From assembly GCA_965649765.1 (NCBI GenBank), contig OZ287755.1, positions 65,410,001 through 65,473,750 of the forward strand: a stretch of DNA of 63,750 bases, written 5' to 3'. Shown piece by piece: positions 14,395-28,659 of the stretch (position 1 is the first letter of the stretch; each line of letters opens with the position of its first letter). The notes below the pieces were generated by a model. It made no database searches, was not told the origin of the DNA, and saw only the letters and a program-made list of their open reading frames with translations. The DNA comes from Bispira polyomma (Eukaryota). The position numbers were made by a program, and so were the translations under genes.

Positions 14395-15300
14395 TTTGTT
14401 AAAACTAAAATATTGTTGCTTGTGTTCTCAGTTATAAATTGTATTGTTGCTTGCGTTCTTAGTTGAAAATTAAATCTTGTTGCTTGTGTTCTGAAGTTAA
14501 AAAATTAAATATTGCTGCTTGGCTTGTGTTCTTTAAAAGTTTAATTCATTTCACCTTTCTATCCATGTATATATATAACTAGTTAAAAATTACTGTTGCT
14601 TGTGTTGTTTGAAAGTTAGCTTTATTATAACTTTCTATCCATGTGTATATTGTTATTATTATTATTAATTTTTAACGCGTTTTAATTATGCAAAGCATCT
14701 AAAGCGCAAGAGCAAAATCATTGATCCATTCATTAAGTCCATGGACATAGGAAAGTTGTAAGGAAGGAAGTGGGAGCGTGCTCGGGGGAAGCTAAGCTGG
14801 GTAGGAAAAGTTAAAAAGATAGGTTTTAAGCTTTTTCCCAAAACCGATAAGTGTGTAAACTGATCTGAGTCGACTCTGAGACTGTTCCATAACAATGGAG
14901 CTGTAGTAAAGAATGCCCTGCATCCCGCCTTGCTGATGGGTCTGACACAGAGAGCCTCATGGGTCTGAGATAGAGAGTCTCTTGCCTCTCTTGCGGTTAC
15001 TGAAGGAGAGAAGGGAAGGTAGGGGGGTTGTTGAGTGACTACAGTGTTAAAATTGGTAACATGAATCTTGAACAAAATACGCGAATGAATGGGCAGCGAG
15101 TGTAATTTTTTGAGGTAAGAAGTGACATCTGTGTGATGAAAAGATATAATTATATATAACTAGTTAAAGGAAATTATTATTGCTTGTGTTTTTTGAAAGT
15201 TGACTTTATGTCAACTTTCTATCCATGTATATATATAGAACTATTTAAATGAAATTATTTTATTTAGGGGACCTTAAGTCCTTCCATAAAGTTAATTCAT
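14395..15300. repeat. Degenerate tandem repeat with core ATTGTTGCTTGTGTT, interrupted by an L2 insertion
   Basis: Core recurs at ~14412, 14443, 14477, 14511, 14594 and again at 15178 beyond the LINE. The longer unit TTTCTATCCATGT.TATAT appears at ~14557, 14631 and 15217. Confidence 0.75.
14652..15135 (-). mobile_element. 5'-truncated L2/CR1-group LINE: ORF2 C-terminus, 3' UTR and (AAT)n tail
   Basis: Minus-strand translation gives DVTSYLKKLHSLPIHSRILFKI and GCRAFFTTAPLLWNSL, matching the L2 ORF2 motifs HITPxLxxLHWLPxxxRIxFKI and GxRAFSxxAPxLWNxLP. TTATTATTATT tail at ~14653-14667. Confidence 0.9.
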
Positions 15301-15329
15301 TTGTGGTAACCTAAAGTTGATATTAAGTT

Positions 15330-16182
15330 ATGAACAGATATATTAAAATTGACAAACAAAAAAATCTATGCGAACTTGACAAACAACCAGAATCTACCAG
15401 CCTCGGAGAATAAATGTGTTGAGTATTATCCTTTTTTAGAAACTTCTAAGTGGTCCGCAATTTATCGCTTACTCTCAATGATTACACAAAATTCAAAACT
15501 TCAGAGTTTTCAGTTCTCGATAATACATCGTATTTTTTTATGTAATTACATTTTATGTCTATGGAAAGTAAAAGAAAGCCGTTTATGCTGGCACTGTAAT
15601 AAAGAGGACACCTTGGAACATTACTATTATGAGTGTGACCAAACCAAAAGTACTAGCTTTCAAAGTGGTGTTTAAGGAACATTTTGACTTTACAATACTA
15701 GAGGTGTTACTTGGTATTCCATGTAAACCCAATACTGTCAATAATATTATTAAATTGTTGATATTATTTACTTAGCATTTTATTTATTGAGCTAAAATAA
15801 ATTAATCTTGTGTTCATCCTATAATATTATTCAGGTAGTTAAAGAAGCAAATAGTATCTGAGATTTTTGTCCTGCATTTGAAGAATCAAAATAACACTGT
15901 AACTAAAATACTAAAGTTTTTGGAAAATTCCTTGACATATTCTAATTCAATGTATTAATGTTATAAGATCTATTAGAGTAATGAACTATTTCAACAAACT
16001 TACAACACTGATGTGGGTTTTTTTTACCATGTATTTTTATTTTTTTCCGTGTGTCTTGTGTACTTTATTTTTGTCAGTATTTTACAGTGTTATATCTATG
16101 GTTTTTCTATTATTTGTGTATCTTTCGAAAGTGCTGTACTTAATGTTTGTGTCAAATAAAAAAAATTGAAACAGAAAGAAAA
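15330..16182 (+). mobile_element. 5'-truncated L1/Tx1-clade LINE: ORF2 C-terminal zinc finger, 3' UTR, A-rich tail
   Basis: ORF 15349-15675 contains KLQSFQFSIIHRIF...LWKVKESRLCWHCNKEDTLEHYYYEC, the CxxC..H...C zf-RVT motif of L1/Tx1 ORF2. It is followed by a T-rich UTR, AATAAA and an A-rich tail at ~16155-16182. Confidence 0.9.
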
Positions 16183-16549
16183 AGTAACTAAGCTACTTCA
16201 ACCAAAGATCATTTAAGTAAAGGGGATTAGGACAACACCTACCTCTTATTATAAAATAGCCAAAATAAGTTCCTTTATTATCCCCCCCCCCACACACACA
16301 TGCACACTTATGTGTGGCCAAGCTTTATACAAACTTAACATGTTATAACATTCCTTAAGAAAGTAAAACAAATTATGTCAAAAAAATTCCCTATGAAGAG
16401 GTTAATCTGCTTTTTTTGTAGTGCATGTACCTTTGTATAAAAAAATGTCAGTAAACTGTCTCAATCACATAGAAGTTGTACGCACAAAGTAAACAAAGAT
16501 GGCCTTAGCTTAATGTTTGTCTTATGTTTTCCTGTTCTGGGAAGCACTG

Positions 16550-19500
16550 CCTGTTGTGTTCATCAGGTGCCTATATAAATCACATTAAGTGTCAGGGCTC
16601 TTCATTTATAGTGGATGGATCCATGTGCCACCAATGTCAATTTGCCCTTCTAGATTAAATGGAAACACATGTTTTATGTAACAAATTCTTAATGTCCTCA
16701 TAAATTTCCCCAGATTTTGTTTTCGTTTAATCAAGGACAGCATCATCAGCACCCTTTAAAGCATGAGGTTAGATGACCTTGATATACTTTTGGTAGGTTT
16801 TTACTTTTTTGTTTTATGGAAAAATGTTATATTTTTGCTGTATACTTTATAAAAAATCTTAAATTCATACTTAAAGCAATTTACTCTTTTGTTTGTGTTT
16901 CTACTATAAGATGTATGTTGTTACTTTTCGCCTTTTAAGAAATGCTATATTTTTGATAACTAATCCTTAGTGAAAGCCATGTTTAGAATTCCAAATATCT
17001 GAATGCTTCCATCAAAATAAAAGCAATCTATTCCTACATGTGCAATTTAACTAATTTAACTTGCCTTTTTTTTAGTTCTATATTACATAATATCTAGCTA
17101 TTGTCATTTTATCACTCCTGTGAACTTGTATGCATTGGATTACTATTCTATTGATATCATGCTATCTCTTATCAATATGCATGGTATTAGATTACCTTTA
17201 ATTTGGGAATAAAATTACATTAGATTTCTCTGTTAAATTTGTACCTACAGTGACAAGATGGGTGTAATAGCTTAAAACAAGATTTGGAGGAAGCAGTCGT
17301 CTGTAATTAAGATGTAGGTATGGGGTGTCAGGTGGATTAGGTGGCCAAATATAGACTAGTGCCAGACAGAAGGCGTGATATGATGAATGATTAGAGAAAG
17401 GCTGGATTGTGTTGGATAGAGTTTATTGTCAGCAGATTTTTCTTAAGTTTAGTTTTTAAGATAAATATATTATGCGTAGATCAATATCAATTTGTGAAAC
17501 TATATTGGAACATATTATAGATACATGAAAGTGTATGGCATGTTCATAACAGTCAGTAGTTTTAAATAGAATAAAGACAATAGCCAAGCTTAGCAGAAAT
17601 ACTTGGGTAAACTTGGGTAAACTTGGGTAAACTGCTTGGTGAAATACACGAACAGATCAAAGTCAAAAGAAACCAGTGAAATAGATGTGGAAGGTTATGT
17701 GGTTAGACTTTTAAAGGGATGACAAAACAAAATACTGCAGGTGACCTCTTCTTGAATTTGTTCCTGAAGGTTTTAGGGATTAGATAAACAATTATACATA
17801 TCTCTGTCATAGAATTTTCAACAAATGTTATTTGATGTGCTGATTGGCACAACAAGAACAGTATTTATTAAATTTCTTGCATAAATTTTAGAATAACATT
17901 TATTAATCTTTATCAATCATATTCCTAGCTTAATGTTTTAGATAAGCTAATCTCTATAACACAAAAATTAAGAATTTTAATCTCTAGCTGAAATGTAACA
18001 TCCTAATGTATCTGCCCTTTAACAGAAGATTGCTTTTTAATTAAGACACTCATGTATACATTTTTAAATATTTTTATCTGTCTTTGTTTTAATACTGTGT
18101 AGGTCAGTGGCATCATGTATAAAAATGTTTAACAATCAAGTGATAAGAAAAAGACTTTGCTAATTCTAAACTCATGTTCGTTGTTGTTTTTTAATTCGGG
18201 ATAATCATGTTACCAATTCTATTTTTTTTAGAAATAGCAATTACATGTTCCGGCTTTGCATTCCTACTCTAAATAATGTTATCACCTTCTTTATTTAATT
18301 ATAGCAGCATAAATAGATCCAGTGATTACCTCAGTACATCCTAAAATAAAGATTAAAATCTGCTACAATTTAAACGTTAGATCCCAATGTATCTACACTT
18401 TTACTTCATATTAATTTTCAATTCAGACACTTGTGTAAATTTTTAAAATTGATTTTCATCGGACTTTCTTTTATCACTGTGTACATCAGTGACATCTTGT
18501 ATAAAACTGTTAAACGCGATCAAGTGATGAGAAGTCTTTGCTAATTCCACAATCATGTTTGTTCCTGTCTTTAATTTGGAATAATTATGTTATGAATTAA
18601 ATCAAACTTGCTTCTGTAAATTTAAAAATTTTGAGCTTGAAGCTTGAAAATAATATATAATGTGCTAATGTATATCGTATTAATGTTATTATTTCAAAAG
18701 TAAATTAATTTTAATAATTTTAAAACATCCAGCTTGAAGCTCATGGCTTGGCTCAATTTTCCTTTGATCTGATTTTGTATAAAAAACAGGTTCCACATAT
18801 GGTGTAATGCTTTATTTTACTCATATCAATCAAGAATGAATTTTAGATGAATTGCCTCCAAAAAGGACACAGGTGAGTGGGTTAAAACCAACAAATTGAT
18901 ATTATATAAATTAGGTTTTAAAGGCTGTCTGGATGAACTAAGACAATTTGTCATTACCTCTACATAGTTAATAGTAAGACTTAAGGTATCCTTTCTCATA
19001 AATCTGGCTAGCTGTATAGTCCCAACTCTATTAGTTTTGGAAATTAAATTTACTCAACTATCCATCATCTATTCCATTATGTTGCTCCATCATTGCAAAT
19101 TCCAAGTGAGTAAATATGAATATTTGTACATCTGGTGTGATAGATATAAAACTACAGTGTTCTAATCAATTGATATATCAACACGAATGTCTGTGTTTTC
19201 ATGGTTTAAGAATTCAATGTATCCTAATAAACCTTGCAATTGCTATCAAAACAATTAGTTGACATCTATTGCGACTGATGCCCCAGTATTACAAAAATCA
19301 GACAAACAAAAAAGCCACTGGCCCTGTTATGAATTCGCATTTACCCTTTACACATGTGTTTGGTTGTCAATATAAAGCTTTAATAGAATGGTATGCAACT
19401 AAATTATCTCTGTATGTCAATTTTGTAATGTGTATCTGTAAGTGTTATACTTCAACATGGAAACAATTATTTTAAGTCTTTTATCCAATGGTGTTTAACT

Positions 19501-22500
19501 TCCTGTTTAGATTTAACAATAGGAATGTTATTCTCTTTACATATAAAGGCAATGTGTAGGTTTTTACGGAATCACAAAAACCAATTGTAAATTGTCCATA
19601 CAATTTCAAATTCAATGTTAAATGTTAAAATATTTAGACATAGTTTTGCAGTTTCCATCAATGAACACCAAGTTAGTCCTGTTATTGCCACCAATAATCA
19701 ATGTAGATTTAATATTAGTCCTTAGCTACCAATCAATAAGTCATGTACTTGATGCCACAGTGAGAAACCAGTAGTTTTTAAAAGGATGCTACAATTTTAT
19801 ACACAATTCTGTAAGTAAGACATACACACACAAACTTGACGTTTTTTTAGTTAATTTCTGGTAAGTAGGACGGATTGTTTGGTGTGTTCATCAGGTGCTA
19901 ATGTAAATCACATTAAATGTTGGGGCTCTTCTTTATACTGGATGAATTCATGTGCCACCCATGACAATTTGCCCTTCCGAGATTAAATGGAAACACATTT
20001 TAAGAAATTCTTAATGTAGCAATAAGTTTCCCCAGATTTTGCTTTTGTTTAATCCAAAACAACACCATGTTCTTACTTTTAGGGCTTTGAAAAAGGTATA
20101 TTTTGCTGTATAATTAATAGCAAATCCTCAGTAAAATTCATATCTAGAATTCCCATTATCTAAATGCTCCCATCAAACTAAAAGCAATGTATTTTTTCTC
20201 ATGGCTGAGATTTAACTAAGACACACAATATAACTTTTCCCCAAATTAAAGGTTATCTAATCCCTTGCATATTAATAAGAGATAAAATTATAATAATATA
20301 ATAGTAATCCACTGTATACAGGTTCACAGAAGTGATACAATTACAATACCTAGGTGGTATGTATATAATATAGAGTAAAAAAACACCACCAATCCAATGG
20401 CGTTTAACTTCCTGTTTAGATTAAACACTAGGAATGTTGTTCTCTTTATATATATGAACAATGTGTTTGTTTTCACAGAATCAGAAAAAGAACAATTGTA
20501 ACATTTTTAGACATAGTTTTGCAGTTACCAAAAATAAACCCCAAGTTAGTCATGTTGTTGCCACTAATAATCAATGTAAATATACTGTGAGTCCTTCGCT
20601 GGTGGTTTTGCTTGTATTTTTTCTTACTATATATTATAAGATTACCTTCAATTTGGTAAAAACAATTGCATTGGATTTCTCTGCTTAATTGGTACCTACA
20701 GCCACAACATGGGTGTAATAGCTTAAAATAAGATTTGGAGGAAGTTGTTGTCTGTAATTAAGATTTAGGTATGGGAGTGTCAAGTGGATTAGGTAGCCAA
20801 ATATAAACTAGTGCCAGACAGAAGGCATGTTAAGGTGAGTGATTAGAGAAAGGCTGGATTGTGTAAGACAGAGTTTATTGTCAACAGATTTTCCTAAAGT
20901 TTAGTTTTACGATGTATATATTATGTAGATTAGTATCAATTGGTGAAACTATACTAAAACACATTATAGATAGGTGTATATAATGTGCAGAACATTCAGT
21001 AGGTTTAAATAATACAAAGATTATAGCCAAACTTAGCAGAAATACTTGGGTAAACTTGCTTAAATACACAAACAGATAAATGTCTAAATGTGAGAGCCAA
21101 ATGGATATGGAAGGTTATGTGGTTAGACTTTTAAAGGGATAACAAAAATACTGCAGGTGGCCTATTCTTAAATTTGTTGCTCAATTTTTTAGGGATTGGA
21201 TAAGTTTTAACAACAATTAATTTATGTTCTTATTGGGTAAGAACCGCATTCATTGAATTTGTTACACAAATTTTAGAATAAACTTGATCAATCTTTATTA
21301 TTCATATTCCCAGCTTAATGTTTTAGACAAAGTAATCTCTATGGAATAGGACAATAAAATAATACTCAATGATCAACCAGAAAAATAATACCTTTGTGTT
21401 TTTTTTCAAATCTGACTTAATGACAAATAATGTTTTGATTTAGTTAAATGTCACCGAGAGCAACATAAAACCTCTATAACATAGAGATTTTTTAGTAATA
21501 ACATTTTCCGGCAATAAATGAAGTTTTTTCCTTCTTTATTTAATTATAGCACCATAAATAGATTCAGAGATTATATCTGTACATCCTAAAATTAAGGTAA
21601 AAATCTGCTACATCTTAAATGTAAGATCTTAAGGTATCTGCCCTTTACCTGATGATTGCTTTTTAATTCTGACACTGGTTTATATTTTTTAAAATGATTT
21701 TTACCAGACTTTGTTTTAATACTGTGTAGGTCAGTGGTATCATGTATATAAATGTTAAACAATCTATTGATTAAAAGACTTTGTTAATTCTACACTCATG
21801 TTTATTGTTGTTTTTTAATTCGGGATAATCAAATTTAACTTCTGTAGCTTCTGTACTTTTAAAATTTTAGAGCCTAAAGCTTAAAAATAATGTATAATGT
21901 GCTGATGTTATTGTATTATTTTGAAAAAAATTCCCTTTCATTTGATTTTTCATAAAAACTCTGTACTTAAATTGTGACACAAAACAGGTTTCACATATGG
22001 TGTAATGTTTTAGTTTTCTTGTATAAATCATTGACGACTTTTTTATGACAGATTGTCCCAAAAAAGGACACAGGTCAATGGGTTTACGATTTACAAATTT
22101 ATATTATATATTCAGTCTTTTAAAGTTGTCTGTATGAGGTAAGACAATTTGTCATCACCTTTACATAGTTAGTAGTAAGATATAAGTTATCCTTTTCCAT
22201 AATCTGGCTAGCTGTATAGTCCCAACACTATTAATTTGGAAAATTAAATTAAGCCAACAATCTATCATATAAACCACTATGTTGCCTCACATGTTGCCTC
22301 ACATTAAACAAATAAATCACAAGTGTCAGGGCTCTTCATTTAGAGTGGATAGATCCATGTGCCACCAATGTCATTTTGCCCTCCAAGATTAAATAGAAAC
22401 ACATATTTTATGTAGCAAATTCTTAATGCACTATAAATTTCACAGATTTAATCAGAATTCAACTAAAAGGCAATGTATGTGCTTGCAGCAAAAATTTCTA

Positions 22501-25500
22501 CAACATAACTATATCATTGTATCTCTAATAAGATTATACTGTATTTCATTTTTAAATTTGTACGTACAGTGACAAGATGGTGTAATAGCTTAAGATAAGA
22601 TTCAGAGTAGCAGTTGTCTGTAATTAAGATTTAGGTATGGGGTGGAAAGTGGATTAGGTGGCCAAATTTAGACTAGTGCCATACAGAAGGCCTATGGAAG
22701 AACTATGGAAATATATATTGTGTTCTGAACATTCAGCAATTTTATATAAAACAAAAGCAATAGGCAAAATTAGCAAGAATACTCATTTGTAAGGATATAT
22801 GTTTATACCTTTTAATGCATGATAAAAAATTCTAATTCAAGCACACACAGAGATCAAAGTAGAAAAAGAACTAGCCATATGCATCTGTAAGGTTATATGG
22901 TTAGCCTTTTTAATGGATGACAAAAACAAATACAACTGACCTCTTTATTTTTGTAAATTAATTTATTCCTTGAGGTTTTTGGGATGAAAATAAAAATTAC
23001 TGAACATATCTCTCTTTTAGAATTTTAAAGAACAGTTTTTTTCTTTTGCTGATTTGGTGAGAATAGATTGATGAAAATTCCTATAATAATAAGAATGTCT
23101 AATTTTATAAATTGTTAACGCTGGTTTATGTTCAGGGAAATATCCCTGCAGCCAACACAAAACCAGTATAATACAGAATCTTTAGAAATAGTAATCAAAT
23201 TTTCAGGCTTTGTACTCCTAACTGTTTGCCCTTCTTTATTTAATTATGGCACTATAAATATCTCTCTACATTCTGAATTTACGGATAAAGACCTGCTATA
23301 GTTTAAATATAAGACTTTAATGTAGCTGCCCTTTAAATGAAGGTGGCTTTTATTTCAGAAATACCTGAGTATATAAAAAGAATATTTTTACCAACACTTT
23401 GTTTCTAATACTGGGCAGTGGCATTTTCTAAAAAAAATGATAAAACAATCAAATGATAAGAAGTCTTTGCTAATTCCACACTTATGTTTGTTGTTGTTGT
23501 TTTGTTAATTTAGGATAATCATGTGACCAATAATATTTAACTTGCCATCTAGAACAAGTGTTGTGGTGAAAATATCAGACTGATTGTGGATACTATAGAT
23601 TATTTTAATGATCAATTTTGAAAAAGTTGTGTAATTAATATTAGATATTTTTACTGGTCAATTTTGAAAAAAAAAGTTGTGTAATTAATATTAGATATTA
23701 ATGAACTTATTTCAAATTGTTAAAAGATATCTGACAAGAATACCCTATTAGTGTATTGCTGTTCTTATTAGTTGCAGAAATAATTGTCACCATATAAAGT
23801 GAATCAAATGAAATTAAAGGTATTAAACTATTAATGTAACATATATAAAGCTCTGTCAATTAGCAGATGACATGACATTGCTCTTAACAAGTGCAGAATC
23901 TGTATGACATGCTATTAGGTTTTTGGTAACTTTATTGGTACACTGGGTTACAATTAAATAAAGGCAAGATTAAGACTGTACATTTTTTATTGAAGATGTA
24001 TACCCCCTGTTATACAGAAATAATAATATTGGTATTGGTGGGACAGTGATACATTCTAGACCTTAAGCACATCAGGGTTTTTTTTGCTACAAGGAGGCAG
24101 TACTTTTATATGTCTCGGAGAAAATACCGTCATCATCAGAAGCATTTTAAAATATTGGCAACTTAAAAGCATTTTACATATTCATCAACTGGCATCAAAT
24201 GTTCAGTTCATCAAAACTTTACATACAGATGTAATATTCTATCTACAAAGCAAAGAAAACACTAGGGATTTATTTTTTATATAACTTCTTCAAAACTTTA
24301 AAATGGAAGCTGAAGTTATATAAGACATATATATTTACCAAGACAGAACTGCTATTTTTAAAGAAATACTTTGTTCATTGTATAATTTCCTTTAGTATTC
24401 CTCAAGCAATGTATTTTTGAACTGTTTGTCATTGGTTGTAACTGCTTTTAATATGTAATTTTTTGCTATTAATTGATTAAATAGACAAATTTGTCCTATA
24501 TGTAATTGTAACATTTCATTTTTGTGGTAAATAATACATAAAGTGCCTATGCATATTGTTTTGATGTTGTTATTTGAAAAACAAATATTAAAAAAATTAA
24601 CTTTTTAAAAAACATTCTGCTTGAAGCTGATCACTTGGCTTAAATTTCCTTTCATCTGATCTTGTATAAGAACCAATTAAATTGTGACACAAAACAGGTT
24701 CTAGATATGGTGTATAGCTTTGGATCTCTCATATTAATCATAGACAGATTGCCCCCTAAAAGGACACAGGTAATTGGGATACAACCTAAAATTACATATT
24801 ATGTCTTTAAAGGTTGTCTCTATGAGCTAAGACAATTTTTCATCACCTCTACATAGTTAATAGTAAGACTAAGGTTATCCTTTCCTGGCTAGCTGTATAG
24901 TCCCAATCCTGTTAGTTTGGGAAAACTGAATTTACTCAACTATCCAGCATATAAGCTATTAGGTTGCCTCATTATTGTAGATTCCAAGTGAGTAAATATG
25001 TATATAAGTACATTTGAAGTGATAGATATAAGACCACAGTGTTTAAATTAATTTATACTTCATCCAAAAGTTCAGTGTTTTACGGTTTTAGAATTCAATG
25101 TATCCTAATATATATGTTGTTTTTGCATGGACCAATATGGGTAACAATACTATTAGTTGACAGCTATTATGACAACTCTGTTTAATACCAAAGGATGCTT
25201 CAGTAAACAATCAGATCAACAAAAAACCACTGGTGTTTAAGTTATATAAACTAGCCTGTGACTGTTAAGAAACTGCATTTGCCCATTAGAAATGTGTTTA
25301 TTTGTCAATATAAGTCTTTAATACAATGGTATACAACTAAATAATCTATGTATGTCAATTTGTAATCATTATCTGTAAACATTATACCCCAACAGGGAAT
25401 CCATTCATTTCACGTCTTCAATGCAATGCTGTTTAACTTTTTAGTTTAGGTTGAACAATGGTAATATTATGATCTCTATGTACATAGGGACTGTATGTAG

Positions 25501-26290
25501 TTTTCACAGTTGTGTTCATCAGGTGCTAAGATAAATCATGTTAAGTGTGAGGGCTCTTCATTTATAGTGGATGAATCAGTGAGCCACCCATGTCAATTTT
25601 CCCTTTTAAATGAAATCGAAACATGTTTTATGTAACAAATTCTTAATGTACCTATAAATTTCCCTGATTTTTTGTTTAATCGGAGGCAAAATCACAAGTA
25701 CACCCTTATTCAATAGTTTATTGCAACTATAATATATTTGTGTATGTTGTCATTTTTTGTTTTATAAGCAAATACTTTGTTCTTTGTTGTATGGTTTAAA
25801 GCAAATCTGAGGTTAATCCACAATCAGTATTGCCAATATTTGAATGATCTCATTAAGATAAAATTGATCTACTCTGTCGTTATAGCATAGAATATGTTTA
25901 AAAAAGAAACACAATATAACTTTGAAGAGTAGTTTTGATTGCTTTTGGCCAGCTAGATATTATATACATACTGTCTAGCTATTGTCATTTTACCACTGTA
26001 TCTCCTATCAATATGCATGGTGTAAGATTACATTGAATTTTGAGATGCTATTGCATTGGATGTCTCTGTTAAATTGGTACAGCCATCTGTAATTAAGATG
26101 AGGGTATGGCGGTGCCAGGTGGATTAGTTGGCCAAATATAGACTAGTGCAAGACAGACGTTGTGATAAGGTGAATAACTAGAGAAAGTCTGGATTATGTA
26201 AGATAGAGTTTATCATAGATTTTCTTCTTAGGTTAGTTTGAAATATGTATATCATATGCAGAAGCCCAAAAACAGGTGTGTAGGGGTGTG
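16550..26290. repeat. Tandem segmental duplication array B: four diverged non-coding units of ~2.4-3.3 kb (starts ~16555, 19883, 22310, 25511)
   Basis: Block X (TGTGTTCATCAGGTGC...GGGCTCTTCATTTATAGTGGATG...TGTGCCACC.ATGTCAATTTGCCC) and block Y (CTGTAATTAAGAT.TAGGTATGG...GTGGATTAGGTGGCCAAATATAGACTAGTGCC) each occur four times. Block Z (AAAAGGACACAGGT...CTGGCTAGCTGTATAGTCCCAA) occurs three times (~18860, 22060, 24757). Confidence 0.93.
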
Positions 26291-27169
26291 ATTGGAAGGT
26301 ACTGTGATAGACAGAAGGTGTGACAATATGTAGCCATATCATAGGTAAATTTTAAGGTTGTATCGAATTTAAAGGTGGTTGGACTGAACTATTCGTCCCC
26401 TGGCAGGTCCTGCTGTGCACAGTCCTCTTAAGATGATAAGGTAGTATAAGATATATCCAGGTGATAATTAATGCCAGTCAGTAAAATATGCAGTTCGAGG
26501 TTTTATTTGTTTTTTATTTGAGTATTATGTACAAGTTGATATCACACATACCCAAAGAGTTGTATATGTTTTACTAATTGTAGCAAGAGTTTCTTGTATT
26601 GTATAATCACAGACCTACATTAAGTGGCTTGGAAATGATTTTTCACAGCATGTTTTTGTTCTCAATATTGTTATGATTATAAACAATGGATTGTATTGAC
26701 AATTTGTTAACATAATGGTTAAAATTTACTTCTAATAAATTTTAAGCCCCAAGTTGACTGTGTAGATCAGTGTTAATTGTAGAAACTACATTTGAAAAAA
26801 TATGTTCGACATATGGAAGTATGTGTTATGTTTAGATCATTCAGCCATTTTAAATAAAACAAATGCTGTAGTCAAAATTTGCCAGAATTTGTGTAAACTT
26901 GGTTCAGATGGTTGATGCTTCTATAGAACAAAACCAGATACACTAAGAACCTGCTGCTATATACAATGGCCCCAGACTCTCATACAGCCATATAAAAGTA
27001 TGTTTACTTGTTCATTATCAGTACTAAACACAATAGTATACACAAACAGGGTCTATGTATCTCAGTATGTAATGATATTCTGTAATTAAAACACCCCAAG
27101 GATTGCTATGGTTAAAGGTAAAACAGGTGACATGATATATATATAGATATATATATATATTGTGCAATA

Positions 27170-27345
27170 GCCTGGTCTCTCACCTCTGTGATCAGTTGGT
27201 GTGGGTTCGACTCTGGTCGATGCCTATGTGGGAAAGGTGGTAGTTCCTTACTGTGAACCGTTGGCTTTACTGCAGAACCTTGATCAACTGTATGCAGTGT
27301 TTCCTCCAGCGTTTCCAACTACTCATCCCAATATAACTTAAACAG
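27170..27345 (+). mobile_element. SINE family A, partial copy
   Basis: CCTATGTGGGAAAGGTGGTAGTTCCTTACTGTG...AACTGTATGCAGTGTTTCCTCCAGCGTTTCCAACTAC is near-identical to 40655-40760. Confidence 0.85.
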
Positions 27346-28659
27346 GTACTATTTTTGTTTCCACATGGTATACTTGCCTGGGCAGCAATATATTGATAGG
27401 ATAGAGGATACAGTGTTATCATTTATTGCTGTAGAGATGCTAATAAAAAATATTTAAAATAATAATATATTTGTAATAGATATTTCCTCCTTTTTGTGTT
27501 TTGTTAGGTTTTTTATATATAGCCTTTACTCTGAAATAAAGTCTATAAGGCCACACTTATGAGATCATGTTCATGGCCCTGACTGTATTGGAGAAACCTT
27601 GGAAGAAGTAAATGGCAGTAAGACATAATTGTACATGACAGTATGATGCCAGAGCAGTGGGTATATTTAATTAACACCAGGAACTGGGATGACAGAATGG
27701 GAAAAAGGGTCATATTGAAACTTAGGCAACTTAGAAATGTACCTGGGAAAGATCCCTAAGGGTTAAATGCCAAAGACCAACAGCTCAAAGATCCAATTCT
27801 GTAATTCGTTGTCTGTACTGGGCATCCTTGGTTGTGATAAACAAACCGTGATCTAGATTATTTGTGTATTGTAAATCAACTTAAAATAACTATAATGGAA
27901 GGTTATTAGAAACAAACAGACAATCTTTTCTACAGTATTTTTTAGAAACTAGGGGAGAGAACAATTTACATGGCGGGAATGGAATTTAACTCATTTCATA
28001 TATTCTAAAATAGAAGCAACTGTAGACTCCATTAAACTATTTATTGAATTAATGAATGGTATAACAAAGCAGTGAGTATAAATTATGGGGGATATAGAGC
28101 ATTCCAAACCGCAGATCAATCTAAACTTAAATTTTCTGGAATTGTTTAAATTCGAGGTTTAAAGAAGTACATATAAAATTGTTAATCAGAATCATTCTGT
28201 GGTACTTTTGCTTGATGCACGATGCAGTTAATATTTTTATTTTAAAAAAGCCTAAAGTATTACTGTGAGGTTTGCTGCAATCCAGCCATACTGGTCCTGA
28301 TCATTAGACATCAATATTTTGATATAATATTCTACTGAAGAATCGAGTCTGAGATATAGTTTCAGGCCTGCAGTAAACAAAAGTAAAAAATCTTTTATTA
28401 CACAAGGTATTAGCTAATGTCCACTTGACATAAAATAACAGCCGATTTTCTGAAACACCCAACAATTCTGACCTACATTAAAATTTATAAGGTTGCTTTT
28501 TGAAATGAATAAACACATACATAATCAGACATTGTATCACATGAACAAGCTGAATTTTTATATTCGGTATTCTTGCCCTGATTAAACATAAAAATAGAAC
28601 AAATATATATATAAAGAGATTGAGTAAGTTAGGACATCACAAGAGGAATTTTTACAGTA

